From the NCBI GenBank assembly GCA_010093705.1, contig MU006089.1, positions 1,785,561 to 1,849,560 of the forward strand: 64,000 bases of DNA, in the 5' to 3' direction. Position 1 is the first letter of the stretch; every line of letters begins with the position of its first letter. The notes under the pieces are model-generated. The model was not told the DNA's origin, did not search any database, and saw only the letters and a list, made by a program, of their open reading frames with translations. This DNA is from Patellaria atrata CBS 101060. Taxonomy: Eukaryota. Positions 51,406 to 62,279 of this stretch are shown here, in pieces. Made by a program: the position numbers and the translations under genes.

Positions 51406-54400
51406 ATGGGTAAAAAGTATCGGAAGAAGGGTTTGAGCAACCCCCGTTACTCTAAGCTTCCGAAGGATAAATATAGTAACACGGGTAAGTTCTTATTCTG
51501 GATTTTCATCTCACACCTTCCCGTCTTCAGATCATAGGGTCCATACTGCATCCCGCTTCTGCGTCAGATACCACTTCTGCCTCAAACACCATCTCATCAC
51601 CTGTAATATCTCCATGATTCTTCTTTCTCTCAATCCTTCCTCTTCATCAATCAGCCTTCTAACCTAGACTTCTGACTATCTGATCAAACTAACTGAGAAT
51701 TCCGGCATTCCTTAGAAATGAATGCCGGATTCCAAGAAAGGTTTAAAGGAGGACCATTCCACAAACCCTCTCAACCTAGCACAATTTTCCACCCTTCTAA
51801 ACGATTCTCAGCTGAGCTGGAGATTCGACGATACGTGTATGGACAGAACGAGCCGAAAGGAAATTCCAGGCCTGAATGGGAATCCCGACCCGAAATTCCC
51901 ACAGGAACCGAGATCCTCGATTCAGGACCTATTGAAGTTCCAACAAATATTATCAACACACCATGGGACTCAAACGAGGACTACCTCCGAACTCATTACG
52001 AACTGTTGCGGGAAGACGCAATCCGACCGTTACGAGAAGCAGTAAGCCGAATTCGCACTCTGCCTACTTCCACAGAAGCCGACATGGGCAACTCCATTGG
52101 TATTTACGACGATGTACAGATCAAAGCAATAGTACTGGCTAGTCGTGGCCTCGCAGTTCGAGTTTCATTTTCACTTGAGAGAGTGGGAAAGCGAATCCGT
52201 TGGCAACAGTCCAACCGACTAATGACCGGTTCACTAGTAGCCCTAACGCCTGTGGATGACATGTTCCAGACAGTTTGCATCACCGCCATTGTTGCTGCGA
52301 GGCCTCTCCCCGCTCTAGAGCAGAATCCGCCTCAGATCGACCTCTTTTTTGCCCGTCCGGAAGACATGGAATTTGACCCGGGTCAGCAGTGGGTCATGAT
52401 GGAAGAGAGATCAGCCTATTTTGAAGCAGATCGCCATACCCTAACTGGATTACAGAAGATTGCGAAAGAACCATTTCCATTTTCGGAACACATCGTAGGA
52501 CTGGAACCTATCATCCTCCCTCCTGCATATCTTCAGCATCAACCTATGGCGAACATGACTAGGGTGTTTCCCGATATACCATCTCATGAGTTTGCGCGCC
52601 TTGATATTCTAGGGGACTGGCCATCCAATCCATGGAAACAGTTGACGCCAGATGAACGAGACGAAGTCCGTCACATTACGCCCCCTCTCGACGATTCGCA
52701 GCTAGAAGCTCTTCAACGGATTTTAACAAAACGCTTCGCTATTGTTCAGGGCCCACCCGGAACGGGTAAAACATTCATTTCGGTCGCTGCCTTGAAGATT
52801 CTTCTCAACAATATTTCTAAGGATGATCCACCCATCATTGTAGCCTGCCAGACGAATCACGCACTTGATCAATTGCTCCGGCATGTTGCCGAATTCGAAC
52901 CTGATTTTATTCGGCTTGGCGGTCGGACCAAGGATGTCGATGTAATCAAGAAGAGAACACTGTTCGAAGTTAAGCAAGCTGACGACACCGGTGTACAAGT
53001 TTCCGGAAGCATGCTAAGCGATGCGTTCAAAGGGTTAGAAGCTATAGGTAAAAATATTCGCCAGCTGCTTTCCCCTTTCGAGCCCGGGAACGGTCCCTTA
53101 GAAGAGAAGTTCCTGCAAGGTCTGGAACTCCTTACCGAGAAACAATATGCTTCCTTGCGGCACAACTCAAATTGGGCTGTCAATTGGGATGATGGAAATA
53201 ACTGCGGAATTGAGTTTTGGCTTGGGAAGGCGCTGAAACCTGTTCGGCCCCAGAGTTTTCCAGATTATTTTGGCGTAGAGTTCGAAGAAGCAGATCTCGA
53301 GTATGAGCAACTTCTAGAACTTGAGGCAGAAAACATTGGACGCAAAGAGGATGATGACTTTGAAGCTCTTGGTGGAACAGCCGTTCTCGTTGCTGATAAC
53401 TACATAGGTAAATCATCCACGTCCGAAAAGGCCGACCCAGAGAAGCTCCTGGAAGATGATGACCTTTACGAGATACCATCAAAGTTACGAGGGAGAGTAT
53501 ATTCATACCTCCAACATAAGGCGAAAATGATAATCCGGGACCGTCTTCGAGAGTATGCACAGTCTTATGCTCAATCGGTGGTAAAGCGAAAAATCGGTGG
53601 TTGGGAGCGAGATTTCGTCTGGCTAAGCCAACAGAAGGTTATCGGGATGACCACAACAGGGCTCAGTAAATATCGTGCTCTGATATCGAGCCTCAAACCA
53701 AGAATTATCCTCATTGAGGAAGCTGCTGAGACCCTAGAAGCACCAATCGCTGTTGGATGTTTGCCCTCCGTGGAGCATCTGGTACTTGTCGGTGATCATC
53801 AACAATTACGGCCACACACACATGTTCGTCAGCATGAAGGCGAACCGTACTTCCTTAACGTATCCCTCTTTGAGCGCCTAGTCAAGAACGAAATTGAATT
53901 CAGCACCCTAAACAGACAACGTCGCATGATTCCAGAGATAAGGCGAATCCTCAAGCCGATCTATGGGAACTTAATTTCTGATCATCCATGGGTGAAGAGG
54001 CTTGAGAATCGACCCCCAGTCCCTGGAATGGGAGGAGTCAATTCCTTCTTTTTCACGCACGAATGGGTTGAAACCACAGACAGTCTCATGTCAACATGCA
54101 ACTATTACGAATCCGACATGATTGTTGGCTTCTTCAACTACCTTTGTCTGAATGGCGTACGACCCTACGAAATCACAATATTGACATTCTACAATGGGCA
54201 GCGAAAGGCAATTTTAGGGGCACTTCTCGCTCACCCTAATTTACAGAACAAATTCTTCAAGGTTGTCACGGTAGATTCATACCAGGGCGAAGAAAATGAT
54301 ATCGTTCTGCTTTCATTAGTACGGAGCAACAACAAGGGCAAGATTGGCTTTTTAAGTGTAGACAACCGCGTCTGCGTGGCTTTGTCTCGTGCGAAACGAG

Positions 54401-55576
54401 GATTCTATATCTTCGGTAATGGAGAGCTCTTATCCAATGAGAGTAGAACCTGGTCAGAAGTTGTCAATATCATGATGGGACGTAGCAAACAGGAAGATCC
54501 CCGGATGCGTATTGGTTATCACCTCCCTTTACACTGCTCCAATCACGGTAGAAAGACATTCATTGAATGTGAGTTAGCTCCTCTTCGGAAATTTCATTCG
54601 CTAACTCGCAACTTAGCTGCCTCTGATTGGCAATACGTCGAAGGGGGTTGTCTCCGAAAGTGTAGAGAAAAGCTAATTTGTGGACACAACTGTCTATACC
54701 CATGCCATCCGTAAGTTAGCTTGCCTCCAGTTTAAACTGACGGTACATGCGCTCACAACAGCATAGCTTCACACATGAAAAGATAACATGCGAACGAAGG
54801 TGTGCCCGAGCGCTCCCTTGCGGACATCAGTGCACTTCTAGCTGCTCTGAAGACTGTCGATGCACATGTTCTAAGGTTGTCGAAACGCATAGGCATAACT
54901 TTGGGGACGTTCGCCAAGATGGTCAATCACAATCTTTCCTCGGGTCCCCTGCGGCCTGGAATGCTTTCTCCGTGGGTGGTTTCCTTCTTCATGATGCTGA
55001 ACTGGATGCTAGACGGACTAATTATTTCAAGAATCCGAATGCGAATTTTCCCAATAGGTTCAACACGCGCAAGTCTACCCCGAATACTTCGCCTTTTATT
55101 TCCTCCAGTCCATCAAAGTCGACCAAGGAGTCGGGACCTTCTCATGTCCTCAAACTGATCGACGTAGACACAGAATCTGAGAGTCCAAAGTTGGCCAGTG
55201 TCGAGGAACTGATCAACCCTTTGAAGTCTACGGTCATCAACCCAGAGGCCAAGAATATCGGAAACGAGAACCCCCAAGCGTTTCAGTCGAAAGCGAAAAA
55301 GGGCCTGAACCATAAATCACCTCGTGCTAATGAGATGACCGTTATCCAGCCAAAAGGCAATTCCCAACAATCTGGTAAGTCATAAAGGGTCTTTGAGCGT
55401 GTTCTAACTCTCCGTCTTCACTCTTCCTTTTACCGGCGTTAGTCACAGTAACTTACACAGATCTAGGAATGTTTAGTTCCCTCCTTAGCAAGCAGGCCAA
55501 TGGAGCCCCGCAATCGACGGACACGCAGAGCTGGGATGATGTTGCGAAGGAAGGAAAACTCATCGATTTCGACTAG
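51406..55576 (+). CDS. ZNFX1-type SF1 (Upf1-like) RNA helicase, Hrr1/SAD-3-like (exons 51406-51484, 51716-54568, 54617-54710, 54767-55374, 55461-55576)
   Basis: YLRTHYELLREDAIRPLRE, Walker A QGPPGTGKT, TNHALDQ, LIEEAAE, LVGDHQQL, TVDSYQGEENDI, RVCVALSRAK, then NF-X1-like Cys/His fingers; introns are phase-consistent. Confidence 0.9.
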
Positions 55577-56195
55577 TTTCGATTTGAGACAGAATGTCCT
55601 CTCTGAAATGCTACGGTATGGTTATTATCACAAGAGTGATGCCTGGTAGTGCAAAGAGTAAACAGTATTCTCTTTATCCCCAGGAAGGAGCTTGTTGTTG
55701 GCTGGTATGGAAAAGGTTTCTCCTAAACTCATATCACGACTGTCCTCACTCTGCGGAGCGATCTTGCAGTTTGAACATGTCGGATATCTGAGAGGAATTG
55801 AAATGATTGTAATCGTAGGAACAGTTGAGAGGTCTGATTTTAAGTAGTCCACTGAAAAAGAAATTATAGCTCAAATTTGAGATGGCCTGTTTCATGAACA
55901 TAGTCCCTAGCTACCTTAATCGCGAATTATTGTAAGCAATTGCAGAGTATACAGAGTAAAGGACTCCGTGGAATAAGCTCCCTGAGGTGAAATTCTTGAC
56001 TTGGTATTTACATACATTTACACACCACGTCCTATTCCATAACCCGCATGGCTCACCAACTTTATGAGGTATAGCTGCCATAACACTCGTGCGAATCTTT
56101 AGTAGATCCTGTCCTAGTTTCTAACTGGGTCCGTGATGCTTAAGAGCCATCCATCAACAGAGTAGTAATCCCAAGCCTCTTGTACTAGTAATCTT

Positions 56196-56543
56196 CTATT
56201 CATCATCATATCCCTCCAAGACCTTCCGGGGTCCTTTTGGTACTACACAATAGAGTTGTTAGCCAAATTCTGTCACAGAACCAACACTATAGGTTCCCAA
56301 TCTCCGATAAAGCAACCCGTACTTCCACGTAGCATTGTTTGATACGAAGGGCGACTCACTCGGATATGTCAATGGAATCTTCTCCCTTGGGTGATCCCCA
56401 AAGTATCGTCTGATTGGAGGTACCGCAATCAGAAATACCGGACCCATCGAGCCAACGACCATAGAGTAGAATATGGCGGGTTTATTGTGGGATGCCCATC
56501 GCAGGTATGAGAAAGGAGTGCCCCAGAAGCGTGGTTGTGACAT
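56196..56543 (-). CDS. NADH:ubiquinone oxidoreductase 9.5-kDa accessory subunit (NI9M/NDUFA3-like; exons 56543-56360, 56242-56196)
   Basis: FWGTPFSYLRWASHNKPAIFYS...IPLTYP|IPKGPRKVLEGYDDE; GTGAGT..CTAAC..TAG intron. Confidence 0.9.
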
Positions 56544-56814
56544 CGTTGTGGTAGTAAAGTTAGATGAGGGTGTGGTGTATTCTCACCGCGGGAACTGTCT
56601 TGATCGGTGACGACGGTGAAGGGCGGTTTCTCAAGCTCGTTCGGGGTCAATTGATGTTGGTTGGACGTTGACAGGGTGTTCGAGCTATGGGAAGTGAAGA
56701 TGAGAGGTCCCCGCAGATCCGAAGTTTTACCGGCTGTGCTAGCTTTCAATTGGAAATAATACGTATCCACAACAGCTTGGAGATGGGTGGAGAGCTTTCA
56801 ACCATTTTTTAAGA

Positions 56815-58359
56815 ATGCGCTGGTTATTTTCGTTTTTACTACTTTCGCTGATGAGCGCCGTACGGGCGTTGAGTGTTACAGGCCAAAGAGTCCTTGTAGT
56901 TCTGGAAGATCTATCGGAGGAGAAGCAATATAATCAGTTTTGGGCGGATCTTGAAGGTATACATTTTTTTATTTGGGACTATGGGACTGCAATTTCTACT
57001 TCGTTGAACGCACAGCTGACATATTTTCTTTGTAGAAAGGGGCTTCAATCTCAATTTCCAATCGCCCAAAAATGACACACTCTCCCTCTTCAAACACGGC
57101 GAACGAGCCTTTGACCACCTAATCCTCTTTCCTCCTAAATCTAAAGCATACGGACCCTCTCTTGCTCCCAAGATCCTCCTAGACTTCCTAAACAAGGCGG
57201 GAAATATCCTGCTGACTCTCTCCGCAAATACTCCCATTCCGACAGCAATCCAGTCTCTACTCCTAGAGCTAGACATCCACCTTCCATCTGATCGCAATGC
57301 TCTAGTAGTCGACCATTTCAACTACGACTCCGCTTCCGCGGCAGACAAACATGATGTTATCCTCACCACGTCACCCTCATCTCTTAGATCAGATGTGAAG
57401 AATTACTTTTCTGTGAACGGCCACATCGCGGTTCCACGAGCCGTTGGCCAAGTGCTAGGCAATGCCTCACCACTACTTACACCGATCCTCCGGGCACCAT
57501 CCACAGCATACAGCTATAATCCCAAAGATGACTCTGAAAGCATAGAAGACCTCTTTGCTGCAGGCCAACAATTGTCCCTCGTCTCAGCCCTGCAGGCGAG
57601 GAATTCTGGTCGCTTCACAGTGTTAGGGAGTAGTGAAATACTGTTAGATACCTGGTTCGCGGCTAAGCTGAAGGATAAGGAGGGAAAAGCAGTAAGAAAT
57701 GCGAATCGCGATTTCATTGAAGCTCTGACCGCGTGGACGTTCCACGAAATCGGTGTGCTGCAAGTTGGACGATTAGAACATCAGCTCACCCTACCGGGCT
57801 CATTGAGGAATTCAACTAGCGTTCAGTCTAACACAGAACTGAGCCCTAAGATCTATCGCGTTAAGAATGATGTCGTAAGTTTCAGTAGATAGCTCCCTCT
57901 CCGAACTCCATTATGCTAACGAACGAGCCCCAGACCTTTACAATCGAGCTCTCAGAATACTCCCTGAACCGCTTTATCCCTTTCTACCTCCCCGATTCTG
58001 ACGCCCTCCAGCTCGAATTTACCATGCTCTCCCCCTACCATCGACTCTCCCTCGTCCCCATCGCACATACCCCCAACAGCACCATTTTCCGCACCCATTT
58101 CACGCTACCGGACCAACACGGCATCTTCAACTTCCGCGTTAATTATAAGAGGCCATTCTTGTCAAATATTGACGAGAAGAGACAAGTTACTGTTAGGCAC
58201 TTTGCCCACGACGAGTGGCCGCGTAGTTGGGCGATTAGCGCGGCGTGGGTGTGGATGGCGGGGATTGCGGCGGTCGTGGTGGGTTGGGTTGGGTTCGTGG
58301 GTTTGTGGTTGTGGAGTGAGCCGACGGATAGGGTGGCGAGAGGGAAGAAGACGCAATAG
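56815..58359 (+). CDS. WBP1: Oligosaccharyltransferase 48-kDa subunit Wbp1/OST48 (exons 56815-56956, 57036-57874, 57934-58359)
   Basis: Signal peptide, QARNSGRF, LEFTMLSPY, LPDQHGIFNFRVNYKRP, VRHFAHDEWPRS, C-terminal TM helix plus KKxx ER-retrieval signal (KKTQ). Confidence 0.95.
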
Positions 58360-58851
58360 GGGTTGAGAGGATGATGGGGGGCTTCGTCTTAAACTGGACA
58401 AGTGGTAAATCATCCCTTGTGTAACACTGAATTTTCTATTATGAATAGGTCTGGTAAAAACGATTTAGAGGGGAAATACGAAAATTTCAAATTCAATATG
58501 AAATCAATTGATTATAGCATATCGGGTACTATAGGACCATAGCTAAGCTACAGTTAGTGTTCTAAACTATTCTATGTCAATAGAGAAGTGTGTTAGATAC
58601 AATTAACGAGTCCTGTGCACGGGTTTCGATGGGGAAGTATGCATTCCTATCTAATGATCTTTGATTTCCCAATGTAAGATAACAAGCTACAGATACAGTA
58701 AGCCTCCTAAGGCAACAGTCTGCACTCAAAACCTCGCCCTCAGCACTCTCCGTATCAATCCTCATCTGCATCCGCAAATACATCAGCCTCAGTATCAGTA
58801 TCAGTATCCGAATCCAAGTCCTCAACATCCCTCTTCCTCTTCCCTCCAACC

Positions 58852-59370
58852 TCACTCTCCGCCAATTTCCCCTCCACCTCTCCCACTCCCCGTTCTCGAC
58901 ACGCTTCCCATCCTGCTCACCCATCCGTGCGTTCTTCTCCCTCCCATCCCTCTCCTCTTTCTTACTACCCTCCCTCGCCCCTCCCTCCGTGCAACCACCT
59001 TTCCCTTCCGCTCCTCCCGCTTCCCCCCTTTCCTTGCAGACGAAGACGAAGATGACCGCGCCTTAGATCCCTCACGCCCCTTACGAGTCCGCCGACGCTT
59101 CTTGCTGGGATACCAGAGCGTCGATTTCGGCGGCAGCGTCGAGCGTCTGTAGATCAGGTAGATGGTTGCAAGTGGGATGAGGGGGTGTGGGATAACGTCG
59201 GGGAAGTGGACTACTTTGAGGGGTTTGGGGATCTTGGTAGGGTTGGATTGGGGTTGTTGGGGAGGTAGTGGTGGTAGATAACGAGGAGGGGGAGGAGGAG
59301 GCGGAGGTTGGGAAGGACGAGGGGGAGAGGGGGAGGTGTCGGGGGGGTTGGTGATGGAGGTACGGGGCAT
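58852..59370 (-). CDS. Orphan Pro-rich/basic protein, diverged paralog of 59921..60595
   Basis: 172-aa ORF; shares KVVHF...RSTLPPKSTLWY with KTVHW...RSTLSRNELWY of the neighbouring gene; true 3' end uncertain. Confidence 0.5.
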   Translation of the reverse strand: MPRTSITNPPDTSPSPPRPSQPPPPPPPPRYLPPLPPQQPQSNPTKIPKPLKVVHFPDVIPHPLIPLATIYLIYRRSTLPPKSTLWYPSKKRRRTRKGREGSKARSSSSSSARKGGKREERKGKVVARREGRGRVVRKRRGMGGRRTHGWVSRMGSVSRTGSGRGGGEIGGE

Positions 59371-59920
59371 GGTGGTGTTGGGGGTGGTGTGGGAAAGGGA
59401 TCAGATGGTGGGTTATCTCCATTGGTGGAGTGGGGGTTTACCAGGCTGATGCAACGACTGAGTGGTGGTTGGGTTGCTGGTAGTGTTGTATGCTCCAGTA
59501 GGGTGGGTCCAGGAAGGATTTTGGAGATTGGGGGAGGGGTTGTAGTGGTAAGAAGCTTAGGTGTCTTAAATAGGGGTATGGGAGTTGGAGCTGGAACAGT
59601 GAAGCAGGTTTGGGGGATGTGTGCTTATAAAATATGCGTTCTATTCTAAGGGGTGTTTAATTGCACTGTACTGTTCAATGTACCTCTGAACCAAGGAAGA
59701 AGTTTTCAACTTGTGTATTGACCTTACTTTGTGATGACATAAAACTCTGTTGAGTAAATAAAATGACTAAGTCACATTTAGGGGTTTTGACGATTCTGTG
59801 TAATAGGGAAGGTGAGTTAAGTAACCCATAGTAATTAGTTTCCTGTGAAATGGTTCCAATGGGTAAGAACGTGTTTCTGTCTTCTCATGTTGCATTGATC
59901 GTCGTAACTATGGCAACAAA

Positions 59921-60595
59921 CTACAGTAAGCCTCCCACGATAGCTGTCTGCAACTCACAACTCACCTCCATATTCTTCATCTCCCCCAATATAATACTAG
60001 CCCTGCTCTCTACCCATCTCGGCCCCTCAACCGTCATCGCAATACTATGCCCCCACCCCTCCACCTCCTCGCGGCCAGTAGCTAGCTCCTTCATCATAGC
60101 AAGTCGCTGCTCTTTAGGCATGACGTAACGCAGTTGCGCTACTTGCTCAGTAGGTGTGAGGTTCTCCTCTGCAATGGTCTCTTTAACAGACGGATGGCTC
60201 GTCGTGCCTTCGTACCAGAGCTCGTTCCTTGACAGGGTGGAGCGCAAGGGAATATAGCGCGCGGTGCTGAGAAGCATCTCCCAATGGACAGTCTTCTTTT
60301 CTGGAAGCTCTGATGGACTGAGGGGGTAATCAGACACCGGCTTCTTGAGGATTGATTTGAGTGCTAGAGGGGACTTACCATTTAGGTTTGGGAAAGTGGG
60401 TAGAGGGTAAAATCCTGTGGGGGATGATTTGGACGGGACATCGAGACGTGGAAGTTTGAAAGGAGGAAACGAGCGAAGAGGGTATGATGGCGGAATAGAC
60501 TCATCTTCTGAGCTCCAAGGAGGCTCTGAACTAGACTTCGAACTAGACTCCTCGTAGAATCCTCTACGACGCTTGATCCCGCGTGTTTCTACCAT
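59921..60595 (-). CDS. Orphan protein with SILK and RVxF-type motifs
   Basis: 224-aa ORF with ATG; KSILKK and KKTVHW; TATA-like TATATAAA upstream (~60710-60717); a terminal intron (GTGAGT at ~59965) may change the C-terminus. Confidence 0.65.
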   Translation of the reverse strand: MVETRGIKRRRGFYEESSSKSSSEPPWSSEDESIPPSYPLRSFPPFKLPRLDVPSKSSPTGFYPLPTFPNLNGKSPLALKSILKKPVSDYPLSPSELPEKKTVHWEMLLSTARYIPLRSTLSRNELWYEGTTSHPSVKETIAEENLTPTEQVAQLRYVMPKEQRLAMMKELATGREEVEGWGHSIAMTVEGPRWVESRASIILGEMKNMEVSCELQTAIVGGLL

Positions 60596-60942
60596 GTTAG
60601 GTTCGAATTGGGTAGGAGTGAGCAGATGTTGTTGTTGCCTCCTATGTTATGGTGATTGGTTTGGAAAAGGATTTTGAAAAAAGAAATTGGAGTAGAGATT
60701 CTACACATCTTTATATACGCTATTAGATGAATTGAATAGTAACACTGAAGCTGTTTTGAGGGGTGTGTATCGGTACAATGTTCCCCTACAGTAATTTGAG
60801 AAAAGAAAGAAGATTTCTGGCTTTCATAAATGCCTTCACATCCATTCATTATATGTAAGACGTCTTGTCCCCTGTGATCAAATTCACTAAATCCTCTTCG
60901 AACCTTAAATACAACTCCGGTACGGACTATTTTTATAACCCA

Positions 60943-61091
60943 GGGCTTGTGGTCTAGTGGTGGAATTCCCCCACCACACCGATCAGGCCGTGTCACTAAC
61001 ACGTCCTAGGTTCGATTCTAGGCCTCGTCGGCCGGCAGATGTACCGCGCTCCCACTATATAGGGGGGGTAGCAGAACTGTTTTGCTTTTTT
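60943..61091 (+). ncRNA. Putative Pol III-transcribed, tRNA-related structured ncRNA or SINE-like element (not a canonical tRNA)
   Basis: A box TGGTCTAGTGG (60950-60960), B box GGTTCGATTC (61009-61018), T4/T6/T5 runs at 61080-61098; several complementary stems; no acceptor stem or anticodon arm. Confidence 0.6.
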
Positions 61092-61919
61092 ACTTTTTCT
61101 CATTTTTAACAAAGTAGGTATATTTCTCATGAGTATTTCTGCAGGGAAGATGTGGTAGAGCATTTATTTTAGTGTTGGTGTTCGTTTTAGTGGTAGTGGG
61201 ATGTGGTATTGGATTTTATGACCGAGGGAGAACTGAAAGGCTCCTTATAGTGACCCTGGTTCAGTTTAATTTATCAACTTTATATATACTATAGCATGAT
61301 AATGCTTTAAGAAAACATGGGGAACAACTAAGTTTATCACCTCTCCAGATTTGGAATAGAAGAGATATAGAATACTAGATTGATGAGTAACAGATTAAGG
61401 GAGAAACCTAGTACAAGTACTGGAGTATAAAGGTCAAACACTTTGTTAAGCAACAAGTCGAGTGTAAGCAGACTTCTCCTCATCCTGGTAGGATAATGTA
61501 TCTACTTGCAAGAGATAGATACCCCTTGGTAAATTCGGTGATTTCAGTCATGCTGATGAACTTGTCAAGGTGAGGTTGAAGAATGACCCTTACGCTAACC
61601 ATAAGAGGTCATATGTAGCGCTGTGTGGTCATAGCTTCGAGTTATATTCCCAGTCGAAGTGACAAAGTGGGAAACGAACAACTGACTCATTATTCGGTCT
61701 GAACCTTTGCCATAAAATATGGCAAAGATACCCTCGTGGAGGAGGCATATAAAGCAGGGTTCCGCCACTGAAAAGATTATATTTTTCCGTAAAAGATATC
61801 TTTTCCGTTTTGAACCTCATTTGCTGCCCCTTGTGCGAGCGCTGTCCTAGAAATAAGTCATAAAAAGGAAGAACCATCCATCTCAACCTCCCTCACCAAC
61901 TACCTAAAGTATACGGGCT

Positions 61920-62279
61920 ATGATTCCCCTAAGGGCGTTGTCGACAAGGGAACTATCACACGCGACTTCAATAGCCCCGCATCCTCGCGTCTCTAGTTTC
62001 ATAAACCCTCTTAGCACATTCCGTCGAGCTGCATATAGCAGTGTTAAGGACAGTGGTCCCGTGAAACGGTCCGCACGGAAAGAGGAACAAACCTCGGGAA
62101 ATCCGGAACTCCCATCCTTTAGCTTCAAAGATCTAGGTGCCACCAAGACGGTCAGATATGTTGTCATTGTAGCAATAGCTATTGGTGCTACGATTGAATC
62201 GATATTCTGGGTTAAGGTCGGTTGGAGATGGTTATATCCTGCTCAGGAAGATATAACAGAGTCGGAGAGTGCATCATAG
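61920..62279 (+). CDS. Small putative mitochondrial membrane protein, hypothetical
   Basis: Arg/Ser-rich, acid-poor presequence-like N-terminus; FSFKDLGATKTVRYVVIVAIAIGATIESIFW TM segment. Confidence 0.75.
   Translation: MIPLRALSTRELSHATSIAPHPRVSSFINPLSTFRRAAYSSVKDSGPVKRSARKEEQTSGNPELPSFSFKDLGATKTVRYVVIVAIAIGATIESIFWVKVGWRWLYPAQEDITESESAS

Noticed and set aside
60943..61030. Canonical tRNA-Pro or HDV-like ribozyme reading of the Pol III element
   Set aside because: No acceptor-stem pairing or anticodon arm for a tRNA; I could not assemble P1, P1.1 and J4/2 of an HDV fold.
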